From Candidatus Omnitrophota bacterium (GTDB lineage: Bacteria; Omnitrophota; Gorgyraeia; Zapsychrales; Fredricksoniimonadaceae): DNA of 64,000 nt. The first letter of the stretch is position 1, and every line of letters starts with the position of its first letter. The position numbers and the translations under genes are program-made. The stretch is from positions 26,761-90,760 of the forward strand of contig CAIVRE010000002.1 in assembly GCA_903908245.1 (NCBI GenBank). The letters are read 5' to 3'. The notes below the pieces were generated by a model that was given only the letters and a program-made list of their open reading frames with translations, did not search any database and had not been told where the DNA came from. Below are positions 1-17,671 of this stretch, in pieces.

Positions 1-6093
<6,093 letters not shown>

Positions 6094-6123
6094 ATCCGTC
6101 CGAAATGTATTTTCATCGGATGC

Positions 6124-6174
6124 TTTTCCGGGAAGCCCCGGAAAAACACGAGCTGAGGCGGAAAAATCCGCCCC
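6124..6174 (-). terminator. rplL-rpoB intergenic attenuator-like hairpins
   Basis: The minus strand has GGCGGA-TTTT-TCCGCC followed by GTGTTTTTCC, then a CCGGG-GCTT-CCCGG hairpin. A partial terminator is classically found at this position between rplL and rpoB. Confidence 0.4.
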
Positions 6175-6232
6175 AGCTTGTTTAAGAAAAAGGCTTTTAC
6201 GGGCAATACTGCAGATGGATCATCCGCCAGTA

Positions 6233-6631
6233 TTACTGTAACTCGACCTTGGCACCAGCCGCTTCGAGCTTCTTCTTCATTTCCTCAGCTTCTTCCTTGG
6301 TCGCATCTTCCTTGATGGCCTTGGGAGCAGCCTCGACAAGATCCTTGGCCTCTTTTAGGCCCAGGTTCGTGATCGCGCGGACTTCCTTGATGACATTGAT
6401 CTTGCTTGCACCCGCATCCTTGAGGACGACCTTGAAGGTGGTCTTTTCCTCAGCCGCCGGAGCAGCGGCTCCGCCGGCCGCAGGGCCAGCCATCATCATC
6501 GGCGCAGCGGCCGTGATGCCGAATTTCGCTTCCAACGCCTTGACGAGGTCGGAAAGCTCCAAAGCCGTAAGAGTCTCAATGCTCTTAATAAGCTCCTCGA
6601 GCTTTGGAGTAAGATTTGCTGTGTCAGACAT
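6233..6631 (-). CDS. rplL: 50S ribosomal protein L7/L12
   Basis: 132 aa, with an Ala/Gly-rich hinge and a C-terminal [12 protein letters not shown]...KVELQ. Confidence 0.95.
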   Translation of the reverse strand: MSDTANLTPKLEELIKSIETLTALELSDLVKALEAKFGITAAAPMMMAGPAAGGAAAPAAEEKTTFKVVLKDAGASKINVIKEVRAITNLGLKEAKDLVEAAPKAIKEDATKEEAEEMKKKLEAAGAKVELQ

Positions 6632-7162
6632 TTAATTACCTCCCCTTTTTTCGCTTAACTGTTTCAAGATCAGAATGAGTTCTGTTGTTTTACCGTTCAA
6701 AGCCCTGGCCAGACGCGTCATCGGCGACTGGAGTGTTCCAAGCAACTGAGTTAAAAGCACTTCTTTCGACGGAAGATCTGAAATGCGCTTGATATCTTCC
6801 TTGCGCAACAGGCTCTTGTCGAGCACGCCGCCGCAGAAAACGAAATTCTCGTTCTTCTTGGCGAATGCCACGAGGACCTTGGCAATATCGGCCGGATCAG
6901 CGCTTGTAAAAATGACCGCTGTCTGCCCGCTAAGGTTTTCGGCCAGCGATGCGTAATTCGTCCCTTTAAAAGCGACCTTCACCAAAGAATTGCGGGACGC
7001 GCACATCTTGGCTTTTTTCTGACGGAGCGTCTTTCTGAGGCTGGAAAGGTCGCCCGAAGAAATCTTCTGAAAATTCACGACAACACAGGTACTGCTTTTT
7101 TCCAGGCCGTCCCTGAGTGTCTTCACCATTTTATCCCTGTAAACCTTGCCGACTTTTATCAT
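6632..7162 (-). CDS. rplJ: 50S ribosomal protein L10
   Basis: 176 aa of L10-like sequence. It abuts rplL and overlaps the rplA stop in an ATGA arrangement. Confidence 0.9.
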   Translation of the reverse strand: MIKVGKVYRDKMVKTLRDGLEKSSTCVVVNFQKISSGDLSSLRKTLRQKKAKMCASRNSLVKVAFKGTNYASLAENLSGQTAVIFTSADPADIAKVLVAFAKKNENFVFCGGVLDKSLLRKEDIKRISDLPSKEVLLTQLLGTLQSPMTRLARALNGKTTELILILKQLSEKRGGN

Positions 7163-7845
7163 ATGGCCACCTTCACCCCTGCTCCCATTGTTGAAGAGAG
7201 GTAAACGCTCTTGATGAAAACTCCCTTAACCGACGACGGCTTGGCGTGTGCGATCGTATCGATCACAAGCTGCGCATTGGCCACGATCTGCTCGACCGTG
7301 AACGAACGCTTGGCGATCCCCAGGTGCAGTCCGCCCTGCTTGTCGTTCTTGAATTCAACACGGCCGGCTTTGACTTCGCGCAACGCGCGCTCGACATCAG
7401 GTGTAACTGTCCCGGCCTTGGGTGAAGGCATAAGGCCGCGGGGCCCGAGGACTTTCCCCAGCTTGCTGAGATCTTTCATCATGTCAGGCGTGGCGATAAT
7501 GCAATCAAAATCAAGGAACCCTTCCTTGTCGATCTTCTCGATCAGGTCCATCCCGCCGACATGGTCCGCACCGGCATTCTTGGCCTTGGCGACATTATCT
7601 CCCTGGCAGATCACCGCCACTTTCATGGATTTTCCCGTGCCATGCGGAAGAACAATGGTCCCGCGCACATTCTGGTCAGAATCTTTGGTATCGATGCCCA
7701 GAGCAAAATGAAGCTCGACCGTCTCATTGAACTTCGCCTTAGGCGTCTGTTCCAGGACCTTGACAGCATCCAGAAGTGGATACGCCCTGCCGATCTCTAC
7801 CTTTGTATATGCCGCTTTGACACGCTTGCTTATCTTTGTCGCCAT
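7159..7845 (-). CDS. rplA: 50S ribosomal protein L1
   Basis: 228 aa of L1-like sequence, sitting between rplK and rplJ. Confidence 0.9.
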   Translation of the reverse strand: MATKISKRVKAAYTKVEIGRAYPLLDAVKVLEQTPKAKFNETVELHFALGIDTKDSDQNVRGTIVLPHGTGKSMKVAVICQGDNVAKAKNAGADHVGGMDLIEKIDKEGFLDFDCIIATPDMMKDLSKLGKVLGPRGLMPSPKAGTVTPDVERALREVKAGRVEFKNDKQGGLHLGIAKRSFTVEQIVANAQLVIDTIAHAKPSSVKGVFIKSVYLSSTMGAGVKVAI

Positions 7846-7846
7846 G

Positions 7847-8272
7847 TTAATCCTTTATAGCTATTCCCATGCTTCTGGCAGTACCCTTAACGATACGGGA
7901 CGCCTGTTCCATATCTCCGGTATTCAGATCATCCATCTTCATCTTGGCGATCTCCTCGACCTGCGCCTTGGTGACCGTACCAATAGTCTCCTTACCGGCC
8001 GTCCCTGAAGCCTTGGCAAGTTTCGCCGCCTTCTTGAGAAGGGCGGAACTCGGAGGGGTTTTAATGATGAAATCGAATGATTTATCTTTATAAATATTGA
8101 TGATAACAGGAAGCGGCATCGCTTCCCTGCCCTTGGTCTGCTCGTTGAACGACTTGCAGAACATCATAATGTTCACGCCGTGCTGACCGAGCGCAGGGCC
8201 GACCGGCGGTGCAGGATTCGCCTGGCCTGCAATAACATACAAATTAACTTTTGCGACTATTTCTTTTGCCAT
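7847..8272 (-). CDS. rplK: 50S ribosomal protein L11
   Basis: 141 aa containing the PPVGPALGQHGVN motif. Confidence 0.95.
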   Translation of the reverse strand: MAKEIVAKVNLYVIAGQANPAPPVGPALGQHGVNIMMFCKSFNEQTKGREAMPLPVIINIYKDKSFDFIIKTPPSSALLKKAAKLAKASGTAGKETIGTVTKAQVEEIAKMKMDDLNTGDMEQASRIVKGTARSMGIAIKD

Positions 8273-8294
8273 AATTTTATCCGTTCACACCAAG

Positions 8295-8831
8295 TTATAT
8301 TTTTTCTACCTGCCAGTATTCCAATTCCACCAGGGTCGAGCGGCCGAAAATAGAAACGCTGACCTTCAATTTCCCCCTGTCCGGAAAAGTCTCTACCACG
8401 ATCCCGTTAAAATTCCCGAACGGCCCCTGCGTGATGCGCACCGGCTCATTGGGCTCAAAAACGACCTTGGGTGACGGCTTGGATTCCGTATCCACCGAAC
8501 GTTTGAGAATATTGTTCACTTCGACATCGGACAATTTCTGAGGCTTTCGGCCCGGGCCGATAAAACTGGTGACACCGGGAGTCGTCTTGATGAGATACCA
8601 GCTTTCCTTGTTCATCTCCATCTTGACGATCAGGTAACCGGGGAAAAACTTGCGGGTCGTGATCCGTTTTTTACCGCCGCGAACTTCAGAAACCTGCTCC
8701 GTCGGGACAACGATCTCTCCGATATAATTCTTGAGGGCGGTCTGTTCCATACGGCGTTCCAGGCCGGCCCTTACCCGGTCTTCTGCGCCTGTTTGCGTGT
8801 GAATAACATACCAATCCATAAGATCGATCAC
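8295..8831 (-). CDS. nusG: transcription termination/antitermination factor NusG
   Basis: NGN and KOW domains (KLKVSVSIFGRSTLVELE) in a secE-nusG-rplK context. The true start may be the internal Met at about 8816. Confidence 0.9.
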   Translation of the reverse strand: MIDLMDWYVIHTQTGAEDRVRAGLERRMEQTALKNYIGEIVVPTEQVSEVRGGKKRITTRKFFPGYLIVKMEMNKESWYLIKTTPGVTSFIGPGRKPQKLSDVEVNNILKRSVDTESKPSPKVVFEPNEPVRITQGPFGNFNGIVVETFPDRGKLKVSVSIFGRSTLVELEYWQVEKI

Positions 8832-9028
8832 CTGATAAGTGTATTAAGTCCGCGTGAAAGGATAAGATCGGTAAGCGTAATGAAGCAGCCCAGACAGACG
8901 GCGCTTATGATCACAATGAACGAAGAATTGATCAGGTCTTTCCTGGACGTCCAGTTGACCTTCTTCAACTCCGCGATCACTTCCTCTAAGAATGTCTTAA
9001 CTTTTACTATCATTTTGTTCGCAACCAC
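8828..9028 (-). CDS. secE: preprotein translocase subunit SecE
   Basis: 66 aa with a single C-terminal transmembrane helix, lying just after tRNA-Trp. Confidence 0.8.
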   Translation of the reverse strand: MVANKMIVKVKTFLEEVIAELKKVNWTSRKDLINSSFIVIISAVCLGCFITLTDLILSRGLNTLIR

Positions 9029-9101
9029 AGGCCAGGCTGGATTCGAACCAGCAACCTACGGTTTTGGAGACCGACGCTCTACCAGTTAGAGCTACTGGCC
9101 T
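9028..9101 (-). tRNA. tRNA-Trp (anticodon CCA)
   Basis: The reverse complement folds as AGGCCAG...CTGGCCT with a 7-bp acceptor stem. The anticodon loop is CTCCAAA. It sits in the classic rpmG-tRNA-Trp-secE position. Confidence 0.85.
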
Positions 9102-9105
9102 AAAA

Positions 9106-9258
9106 TTATTTCTTCATTTCCTTATGCGGCGTATGCTTGCGGTCGAACGGGCAGTACTTGCTCAGTTCAATACGCTCAGGTTTCTTCTTTTTGTCCTTGG
9201 TGCCGTTGTAATTGATACGCTGGCATTCAGTGCACTGTAAATGGATGACTTCTCTCAT
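9106..9258 (-). CDS. rpmG: 50S ribosomal protein L33
   Basis: A 50-aa ORF, MREVIHLQCTECQRINYNGTKDKKKKPERIELSKYCPFDRKHTPHKEMKK, matching the L33 zinc-ribbon. It is not in the supplied ORF track and was found by hand-translation. Confidence 0.85.
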   Translation of the reverse strand: MREVIHLQCTECQRINYNGTKDKKKKPERIELSKYCPFDRKHTPHKEMKK

Positions 9259-9273
9259 GGGTCTCCGTACTTA

Positions 9274-9346
9274 AGCCCTCGACCAGGATTGAACTGGTGA
9301 CCTCGTCCTTACCAAGGACGTGCTCTACCAACTGAGCTACAAGGGC
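9274..9346 (-). tRNA. tRNA-Thr (anticodon GGT)
   Basis: The reverse complement is GCCCTTGTAGCTCAGTTGGTAGAGCACGTCCTTGGTAAGGACGAGGTCACCAGTTCAATCCTGGTCGAGGGCT, with a 7-bp acceptor stem. Confidence 0.85.
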
Positions 9347-9362
9347 GTTTAAATGAAGCAAG

Positions 9363-9391
9363 AGTATATACAACGCTCCCGCGATTGTCAA
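9363..9391 (-). promoter_or_regulatory. sigma70-like promoter for the tRNA-Thr / rpmG / secE transcript
   Basis: Minus strand reads TTGACA, a 17-nt spacer, then TATACT, immediately upstream of tRNA-Thr. Confidence 0.5.
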
Positions 9392-9472
9392 GGTCTTTCG
9401 GCAACAAATAAAACAAGGGAAGAGACCGGGGGATAACCCCGACGGGACATGCCTTTGCGTTCCTGAAAGGCC

Positions 9473-10627
9473 CTAAACGATCTTCAGGAAACGGCGCTTG
9501 CCGACCTTGAGGACGCCACGTTCGACAGGCCAGGATTCATCGGCCAGCGGGCTTCCTTCAAAGGAAACGGCATTCTGCTTGATCAGCCGGCGGGCTTCAT
9601 TCTTCGACAGGCAGATCCCAGTCATTACCAGGATGCCGATCAAGTCCATGCCGGGCTCAAGCTTCAGGCTTGCTATGTCGTCCGGGACCTGCTTCTTCGC
9701 GAACACACTGTTAAAGTGTTCACGGCTGTCCCTCGCGGCATCGGGTCCGTGGAACTGGGCGACAATGCTTCCCGCCAGCTCCATCTTCGCCTCCTTCGGA
9801 TGCATCTGCCGGACGACCCCGAGGTCATGGTCCGTCAAAAGCTCGAAGTATTTGATCATCAACTCGTCGGATACCGACATCAGCTTGCCGAACATCTCGC
9901 GCGGCGGCTCGTTGATCCCCACATAATTGCCAAGGGATTTCGACATCTTGTTGACCCCGTCCAACCCCTCGAGGAGCGGCGTCATGATAACCACCTGCGG
10001 CTCGGCGCCATAGGCTTCCTGGATCTGGCGGCCCATCAGAAGATTGAACTTCTGGTCGGAACCGCCAAGCTCGATATCTGCCTCCAACACAACGGAATCA
10101 TACCCCTGCAGAAGCGGATAAATGAACTCCAGCAGGCTGATCTCCCGCCCATCCTCAAAACGCTTCTTGAAATCCGCCCGCGCCAGCATCTGCGCGACCG
10201 TTGAACGGGCCGTAAGCTCCATCAGGTCCTGCGCACTGAACTTGCCGAACCAATGACTGTTGAACACAACTTCGGTCTTCTGCGGGTCAAGGACTTTAAA
10301 AACCTGCTCTTTATATGTCTCCGCATTACGCTCGACGTCCTCACGGGTCATCTTCTTGCGCAACTCATTACGTCCGCTAGGATCTCCGACCTGGGCGGTA
10401 AAATCCCCTATCAGAAAAACAACCTTATGCCCCAGGTCCTGGAACTGCTTCATTTTTCTAAGCAGGACCACATGCCCCAGATGAATATCGGGGGCAGTCG
10501 GATCAAAGCCCGCCTTGACGACCAGAGGGGCACCTTTGGCCCGGCTTTTCTCAAGCTTCTTTTCCAGATGCTTGAGGTCGATCACCTCGACCGTACCACG
10601 CGTAATGATCTTCAGGGCTTCTTGCAT
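9473..10627 (-). CDS. tyrS: tyrosine--tRNA ligase
   Basis: Class I HIGH-type motif (HLGH), a KMSKS motif and a C-terminal S4 domain. Confidence 0.9.
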   Translation of the reverse strand: MQEALKIITRGTVEVIDLKHLEKKLEKSRAKGAPLVVKAGFDPTAPDIHLGHVVLLRKMKQFQDLGHKVVFLIGDFTAQVGDPSGRNELRKKMTREDVERNAETYKEQVFKVLDPQKTEVVFNSHWFGKFSAQDLMELTARSTVAQMLARADFKKRFEDGREISLLEFIYPLLQGYDSVVLEADIELGGSDQKFNLLMGRQIQEAYGAEPQVVIMTPLLEGLDGVNKMSKSLGNYVGINEPPREMFGKLMSVSDELMIKYFELLTDHDLGVVRQMHPKEAKMELAGSIVAQFHGPDAARDSREHFNSVFAKKQVPDDIASLKLEPGMDLIGILVMTGICLSKNEARRLIKQNAVSFEGSPLADESWPVERGVLKVGKRRFLKIV

Positions 10628-10629
10628 TA

Positions 10630-10680
10630 TAAAAAAAAGGGCAAGCTGTTTTCTGTTATCAGAAAAAGCCCGCCCTTTTC
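10630..10680 (-). terminator. Rho-independent terminator after rpsA
   Basis: Minus strand has an imperfect GC hairpin, GGGCGGGCTTTTTCTG...CAGAAAACAGCTTGCCC, followed by T8. Confidence 0.6.
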
Positions 10681-10689
10681 TCCTTCGTA

Positions 10690-12237
10690 TTAAACCTTGG
10701 TGCTCACGCCGATCTTCATCTGATCAACGTCAACTTTGATAACCTTCACGCGAAGAGAATCACCGGCCTTAAGTTTCGCGGCCTCGTCTTTCTCGATCTC
10801 GGACGAATACACCAGCGCTTCCACCTCGTCATCCAGCTTCACAAAAACACCGAAGTTGGAATTGGTAATAACGATCGCATCAATAACAGTATCCACAGGA
10901 TACTTCTTGGCGATCTCAGCCCAGGGATTCACCGCCAGCTGTTTAAGGCCGAGCGTGATCTTGCGCGCCTTGGGATCAACGGCCAGGACAACTACCTCCA
11001 CTGCCTGCCCCTTGGCCAGGACTTCCTGCGGATGATTGATCTTGCGCGTCCAGGACATGTCGGACACATGGATCATGCCCTCGAGCCCCTGTTCAAGCTC
11101 CACAAAAGCGCCATAATCAGCGAAACCGCGGACCGTACCCTTGACCCGGGCATTGGTCGGAAAATATTGTTCCGCCTTAAGCCACGGATTATCCTCGAGC
11201 TGCTTCATCGAGAGGGAAATGCGCTTGGCATCCTTGTCCACATTGATGATCTGCACATCGACCTGCTGGCCGACGGTAAAGAGCTCCTGGGGATTGACCA
11301 TCTTCTTCTGCCAGGTGATCTCGGACGAATGAAGAAGGCCCTCGATCCCGCGGCTGATCTCGACGAACACGCCGTAAGGCATAATATTGACGACCTTGCC
11401 CTTGACCACGGTACCTGCCGGATACTTGTCGTAAACAGCTTCCCACGGATTCGCAGAGATCTGCTTGAGACCCAGCGAAACCTTGGAATTCTCCTTGTCA
11501 AAATCAAGGATTATGATCTCCAGGCGCTGGCCGAGAGAAACGATCTCCGACGGATGGCTGATACGCGACCAGCTCATATCGGTAATATGCAATAAACCAT
11601 CAACACCGCCCAGATCGATAAAGGCACCGAAATCCGTGATACCCTTGACGAGCCCTGTACGGCGCTGGCCTTTTTCCAGCTTGCTCCACAAATGCTTGCG
11701 GCTCTCTTCGTGCTCCTTCTGAACGATCTCGCGGCGCGAAAGGATAAGATTGCGGCGCTGCTTGTTCATTTTGGCGACAAGGAACCGGTAAGTCCGCGAC
11801 ATGATATCGTCCGGCGGCAACCCCTTGAACGCAGAGAGCGACATCGGCAGGAACGCCTCGACACCCGAAACATCCGCGATGTAACCACCCTTGACGATAC
11901 GGACCACACGGCCTTCGACCACATCGCCTTCATTAATAACATCGGCGATCTTCTGCCAGCCCTTCAGGCGCTCGGCCTTATTGAACGACAGGACCAGCTT
12001 GCCTTCGTCATCCTCGATCGTTTCGATAAGGACGTCGATGTTCTGTCCGATCTCGAGCACGGACGGATCGCGGAACTCCTCCATCGCCACAAAACCCTCG
12101 GATTTGAACCCGATATCGACAACAACCTCGTCCTTGCTTTTAGCGACGATAGTCCCCTGTACGATCTGGCCTTCAATGAAGGTCTTCAGCGTAGCGCCGT
12201 ACAGTTCCTCCATGATAGATTTTTTTGCTTCTGACAT
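10690..12237 (-). CDS. rpsA: 30S ribosomal protein S1
   Basis: 515 aa with multiple S1 repeats. Confidence 0.9.
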   Translation of the reverse strand: MSEAKKSIMEELYGATLKTFIEGQIVQGTIVAKSKDEVVVDIGFKSEGFVAMEEFRDPSVLEIGQNIDVLIETIEDDEGKLVLSFNKAERLKGWQKIADVINEGDVVEGRVVRIVKGGYIADVSGVEAFLPMSLSAFKGLPPDDIMSRTYRFLVAKMNKQRRNLILSRREIVQKEHEESRKHLWSKLEKGQRRTGLVKGITDFGAFIDLGGVDGLLHITDMSWSRISHPSEIVSLGQRLEIIILDFDKENSKVSLGLKQISANPWEAVYDKYPAGTVVKGKVVNIMPYGVFVEISRGIEGLLHSSEITWQKKMVNPQELFTVGQQVDVQIINVDKDAKRISLSMKQLEDNPWLKAEQYFPTNARVKGTVRGFADYGAFVELEQGLEGMIHVSDMSWTRKINHPQEVLAKGQAVEVVVLAVDPKARKITLGLKQLAVNPWAEIAKKYPVDTVIDAIVITNSNFGVFVKLDDEVEALVYSSEIEKDEAAKLKAGDSLRVKVIKVDVDQMKIGVSTKV

Positions 12238-12310
12238 AATAAAAATACCTCTTTCCCCTGGAATCGGCCTTTGGATTTAGGGTTGCCCCTAGAGGCCAAT
12301 AGAAAGGGTA

Positions 12311-12339
12311 ATTATCTACAAAAATACTCTTATGTCAAT
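12311..12339 (-). promoter_or_regulatory. sigma70-like promoter for rpsA
   Basis: Minus strand reads TTGACA, taagagtatttttgta, GATAAT, about 70 nt upstream of the rpsA start. Confidence 0.55.
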
Positions 12340-12397
12340 TAAAATCTCCCGCCCCCCTACCGGAGAGGGTCTCACCCTCTCCGGTAGGGAGAAGGTT

Positions 12398-13264
12398 TTA
12401 AAACGCGTAATTAGCGCTTAGGACAAAACCATCGCCAAGGCCGATCTTATGCCCGACAACAGCGTTATCCTTATTATCACCGGTATTCACATATGCCGCG
12501 ACCAGCGTCAGTTGCTTGTTCGCAAGCCACGCCACATGAGCATCATAATAATCCGCATTCTTCCAGCCAGCTACCTGCGCCCCCTGCTCGTATTCAAACC
12601 CGATGGCAACATCTTTCAGCGGGAGAACATCAATATTCCCGAACAAGGCCGTATCCCGCTTGGTGCCAAAACCATACACCCCCGTTGAACGGGCATCGGT
12701 CGAACGGATACCGCCAGACAAAAGCACTGGCTTGGGAAGGCCAGTCAGGAACTTTGTCGCCACAACATAATAATCATACCCCTGCTTCTTTACATCCGCC
12801 GGAGTATCGTAAGTTGTTTGTTTATAGATCGTCCCTACCGCCACCGCCGGGATCAGTTTGTTATCACCGGCATTCTCTTTCACCAATAAGGCCTTCAACC
12901 CGATGTTCTGTTTGTTAATGGTCTTCGGTGCCCCGGTCTGGGCAATGATCTCATTACCGTAAGAAACCTCCAGGCGATCGAAGAATGTCGTGGCAACGCT
13001 CTGCGTATTCCAGTCAGCCTTAACGTCATTAAGCCTGATCCGCCACAGCCCGAACTGGGGCTTATTAACAGCATCCTTGAACACTGCCCCTGATCCCGTC
13101 GCCTTTTCTCCGGCGTCAAAAGGCGTCCCTGCGGTATACGCCAAAGGATTAAAAGCAACTCCTCCCACCCCTTCCACGTTATTTAACGGTAAACCGGCAA
13201 AAGCCAAAGAACGGACTGTTACAACCAATACTACTGTTACTGCTATTTGAGTGATGGTCTTCAT
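12398..13264 (-). CDS. outer-membrane beta-barrel (porin-like) protein
   Basis: Signal peptide, alternating amphipathic beta-strand pattern and a C-terminal ...SANYAF with terminal Phe. No family assignment is possible. Confidence 0.55.
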   Translation of the reverse strand: MKTITQIAVTVVLVVTVRSLAFAGLPLNNVEGVGGVAFNPLAYTAGTPFDAGEKATGSGAVFKDAVNKPQFGLWRIRLNDVKADWNTQSVATTFFDRLEVSYGNEIIAQTGAPKTINKQNIGLKALLVKENAGDNKLIPAVAVGTIYKQTTYDTPADVKKQGYDYYVVATKFLTGLPKPVLLSGGIRSTDARSTGVYGFGTKRDTALFGNIDVLPLKDVAIGFEYEQGAQVAGWKNADYYDAHVAWLANKQLTLVAAYVNTGDNKDNAVVGHKIGLGDGFVLSANYAF

Positions 13265-13397
13265 GGATATCTCCTGTTTGATCTTCTTTTGCTCAGGAGT
13301 TCCAGTCGACTGGTGAACCTGAAATTATTTTATTTTTTTCTAAATGACACCAACGCATCACGGGATGTCCGTTAAGCCACACTCTTTTACCGCCTTG

Positions 13398-13583
13398 TCA
13401 AATGCCACCCCCTTCCTCAACTTTCCAGACATCATCAAACCGCTTGCGAGTCGTGACCTCGATCTGGATGATCCTGGAATCATGGATCTTAATAAGGACG
13501 GTCCCGTAATCCAGCCCCGTCACCGCATCGCGAACATCCTTGATGATCGCATCATTAACAATCAAGCCCTGTGCTGCACTCAT
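13398..13583 (-). CDS. YezD-like small protein (DUF2292)
   Basis: A 61-aa ORF containing GTVLIKIHDSRIIQIEV, resembling the YezD motif. It sits immediately upstream of metY. Confidence 0.5.
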   Translation of the reverse strand: MSAAQGLIVNDAIIKDVRDAVTGLDYGTVLIKIHDSRIIQIEVTTRKRFDDVWKVEEGGGI

Positions 13584-13591
13584 ATGGCCTC

Positions 13592-14966
<1,375 letters not shown>

Positions 14967-14969
14967 ATA

Positions 14970-15407
14970 TTAAACTCCGAATGCCGCGTAACCGTTCTTT
15001 CTTTTCGCCCGCATTCGGACCGCCTTTTCGGCCATATCCGACAACTTATAGGATGAAAATACCCGCTCGATCGCAGCTGAAGCTTCTTTCCAGATGTCAC
15101 TTGTGATACATCCCTCTTTATCGCACCCCTGACAATCAACAAGCCCGATCTGTCCTTCAAGAACAGAAACAATGTCCTTGACCGTAATATCATTCGCTGG
15201 CTTTGCTAAGGTGAATCCCCCCTTGACACCGCGCTGAGCGTTGACCAACCCCGCCGCTTTAAGGGATGACGCCAGCTGCCACAGATACTTTTCCGAGATA
15301 TTCTGACTACGGGCAATATCCCCGAGAAGAATAAACCCCTCAGGTTGCCTTATCGCAAGCTCAAGCATAAGTCTTGTGCCGTAACGACTTTTCGTAGAAA
15401 GCTTCAT
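14970..15407 (-). CDS. Rrf2-family transcriptional regulator
   Basis: MKLSTKSRYGTRLMLELA... is a typical Rrf2 helix-turn-helix, and C-terminal Cys residues (CQGCDKEGC) are present. The start was chosen at the internal Met, so coordinates are trimmed from the 175-aa ORF. Confidence 0.75.
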   Translation of the reverse strand: MKLSTKSRYGTRLMLELAIRQPEGFILLGDIARSQNISEKYLWQLASSLKAAGLVNAQRGVKGGFTLAKPANDITVKDIVSVLEGQIGLVDCQGCDKEGCITSDIWKEASAAIERVFSSYKLSDMAEKAVRMRAKRKNGYAAFGV

Positions 15408-15514
15408 TTGAACCCCCAAAGTAATAAGTAAGTCTATCGGAACACTAGAGAATATAGCACACAAAAAAAGAATGTCAAGAAAAAAGATACGAACCAAATA
15501 TGTCTTTGAAGATA

Positions 15515-16120
15515 TCAGGAGGGCTTTAACGCCAGGATCGCCTGCATGATGCGCTGTGCGGCGATAGTTGAGTCAACATCGGAAGAAAAAACAAGAGGCT
15601 GGCCAAAGATAACTTTAACAGACGTACGTTTGGGGAATTTAGCACTTTTAGGTAAAACCTTATCCGTGCCTTCAATATATATAGGCACAACAGGGACGCC
15701 GGACTTGCCTGCCAGGAAACCAACCCCCGCCTGAGGCTTCTCGCCGCCACGGGTCCCCTGCGGAAAAACGAGCACCGGCCAACCGTCTTTAAGGCTCTGC
15801 AATACTTCCGTCAACGCACCGCGATCTGCCGAACCACGCTTAAGCGCAATACCCCCGCCAAAACGGATCAACGCGCCCAGGACAGGATGTTTAAATAACG
15901 AATCCTTGGCCAAAAACCTTATCCGGCGCGGTGAAACAACCGGCAAAAGGACAGGATCGATATTGCTTTCATGATTAGAGGCGTAAATACATCCGCCCGT
16001 CTTCGGGATATTCTCCCGGCCATAAGTGCGGCAGGGATAAAAACAAAAGCTGACAACAGCCGCGAGGCCCGTTGTCAGCCAATAGTAGACATACTTCAGA
16101 ACGTTCAACATATTGGGCAC
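15515..16120 (-). CDS. plsC: 1-acyl-sn-glycerol-3-phosphate acyltransferase family protein
   Basis: Carries the NHESNIDP acyltransferase motif and a FPQGTR-like block. Confidence 0.75.
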   Translation of the reverse strand: MPNMLNVLKYVYYWLTTGLAAVVSFCFYPCRTYGRENIPKTGGCIYASNHESNIDPVLLPVVSPRRIRFLAKDSLFKHPVLGALIRFGGGIALKRGSADRGALTEVLQSLKDGWPVLVFPQGTRGGEKPQAGVGFLAGKSGVPVVPIYIEGTDKVLPKSAKFPKRTSVKVIFGQPLVFSSDVDSTIAAQRIMQAILALKPS

Positions 16121-16147
16121 ATGAGTTATCGTCTATTTACCGGGCGA

Positions 16148-17575
16148 TCATCCCAGGGTCTTGGCCAGCTCCAACGCGAAATCAAGGAGCTGCTTCGTGC
16201 GTTTAGAGCTCTTGGACTCCGCGTACGCGCGCAAGATCGGCTCGGTCCCGGAAGCGCGGACCATGATCCAGCTGTCATCCGCCAGCTCGAGCTTCACACC
16301 ATCGAAATCTTTAACAGCAATGACCTGCTTACCCAAAACCGTTTCGATCTTCTTGACCGGCTCAAGGGTCTTCACCATTCCCTTGAGCTGAATGCTGGTC
16401 TTCTCATAATAATATTTACCGTACTTTTTCTCCATCTCGTCGAGGATCTTGACCATGCTCTTCTTCTCGTACACCATCATCTCGATCAGGAGAAGGCCAG
16501 CCAGAATGCCGTCGCGCTCCGGGATATAATCAGGCATGCCCATCCCGCCCGCTTCCTCGCCGCCCGCGATGATCTCTTCGGTCAGCATCAGGTCGGAAAT
16601 ATATTTAAACCCTACCGGCGTCTCGTAAAGCTTGATGCCATTGGCCTTGCACAGATTATCGATCATCGTGGTACCGCAAATGGTCTTGACGATACCGCCC
16701 TTAACGCCGCGGTTCTTCCAAAGGTGAAGCGCAAGCAAAGCCAGGATCTTCTGAGGAGAAACAAACTTTCCGTTAAGAACGACCGCGATACGATCAGCAT
16801 CTCCGTCGAGCACAAGACCAAGGTCATACTTCCCTTTTTTCGTGACCGCAATAAGCTCGCCCAAATATTGTGCCAGAGGCTCCGGACGGGTCCCGCCAAA
16901 ACCGGGATTCACATCCGCATGCATCAGCTCCAGGCGGATAGCTGTGCCTTTAAGTGCGGCCTCAAGCAACCTGCCGCCGGAACCATACATAACATCCTGG
17001 ATCACACGGAACTTTGCCGTCTTGATCTTTCTTAAACTCACATATCCGCGAATAAATTTCAGATAATCCCTCTTAAAATCCAGGACCTTGATCTTGCCGT
17101 CAGCCACAGCCTTCTTGAATTCAACCGACAAGACCGGCTCCACGCCAATATAGCCTTCCACCGCATCCGTAATATTCTTGCCCGCGCCGCCGCCCTCGGC
17201 CGTCTTGATCTTAAAACCGTTATATTCCGGAGGATTATGGCTTGCTGTAATGACCACACCTGCCACGCACTTATGGTCACGCCCCGCCAGGCTAAGCGCC
17301 GGTGTCGGAAGTGACGCGCTCGACAAAAAGACCTCAATGCCGTTCGCGGCCAGGACTGACGCCACAGTCTCGGAGAAATCCTTCGAAAGGAACCTGTTAT
17401 CATAGCCCACCGCCACACGCAAAGGCTCAGTGCCGATCCTTTTTGCATCCCTCTTGACCCACACCGCCAACGCCTGTGAAAGAGCGGCCACATTTTCAAA
17501 AGTAAATGTATCGGCAATGATCGCGCGCCAGCCGTCAGTACCGAATTTAATGACTTCTTTTGGATCCTTTGGCAT
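16148..17575 (-). CDS. phosphomannomutase/phosphoglucomutase family protein
   Basis: Active-site motif GVVITASHNPPEYNGFK, 475 aa. Confidence 0.85.
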   Translation of the reverse strand: MPKDPKEVIKFGTDGWRAIIADTFTFENVAALSQALAVWVKRDAKRIGTEPLRVAVGYDNRFLSKDFSETVASVLAANGIEVFLSSASLPTPALSLAGRDHKCVAGVVITASHNPPEYNGFKIKTAEGGGAGKNITDAVEGYIGVEPVLSVEFKKAVADGKIKVLDFKRDYLKFIRGYVSLRKIKTAKFRVIQDVMYGSGGRLLEAALKGTAIRLELMHADVNPGFGGTRPEPLAQYLGELIAVTKKGKYDLGLVLDGDADRIAVVLNGKFVSPQKILALLALHLWKNRGVKGGIVKTICGTTMIDNLCKANGIKLYETPVGFKYISDLMLTEEIIAGGEEAGGMGMPDYIPERDGILAGLLLIEMMVYEKKSMVKILDEMEKKYGKYYYEKTSIQLKGMVKTLEPVKKIETVLGKQVIAVKDFDGVKLELADDSWIMVRASGTEPILRAYAESKSSKRTKQLLDFALELAKTLG

Positions 17576-17584
17576 AACAACCTT

Positions 17585-17668
17585 TCTTAAGAATTTCTCT
17601 ACTGAGAAATTGTTAACTCACATCCGCCACGACAGCCCATCAGGCTGACGAGCGGATGTGAGCTTCCA
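17585..17668 (-). repeat. conserved upstream element, copy E1
   Basis: The core CGTCAGCCTGATGGGCTGTCGTGGC lies inside a CTCACATCCGC/GCGGATGTGAG stem. A conserved GAGTTAA...AGAGAAATT flank continues to the ribosome-binding site. Confidence 0.7.
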
Positions 17669-17671
17669 CAA

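Noticed and set aside
9107-9260. Whether the rpmG spacer was non-coding, since no ORF is in the track
   Set aside because: The opposite conclusion holds. Hand translation gives a clean 50-aa L33, so it is reported as a CDS feature and not as a non-coding spacer.
12340-12397. Palindrome CCCTACCGGAGAGGGT-CTCA-CCCTCTCCGGTAGGG as a repeated element
   Set aside because: It is a single copy. It is best read as the terminator hairpin of the outer-membrane protein gene, with a U-rich run a few nt away, and it is not related to the repeated families.
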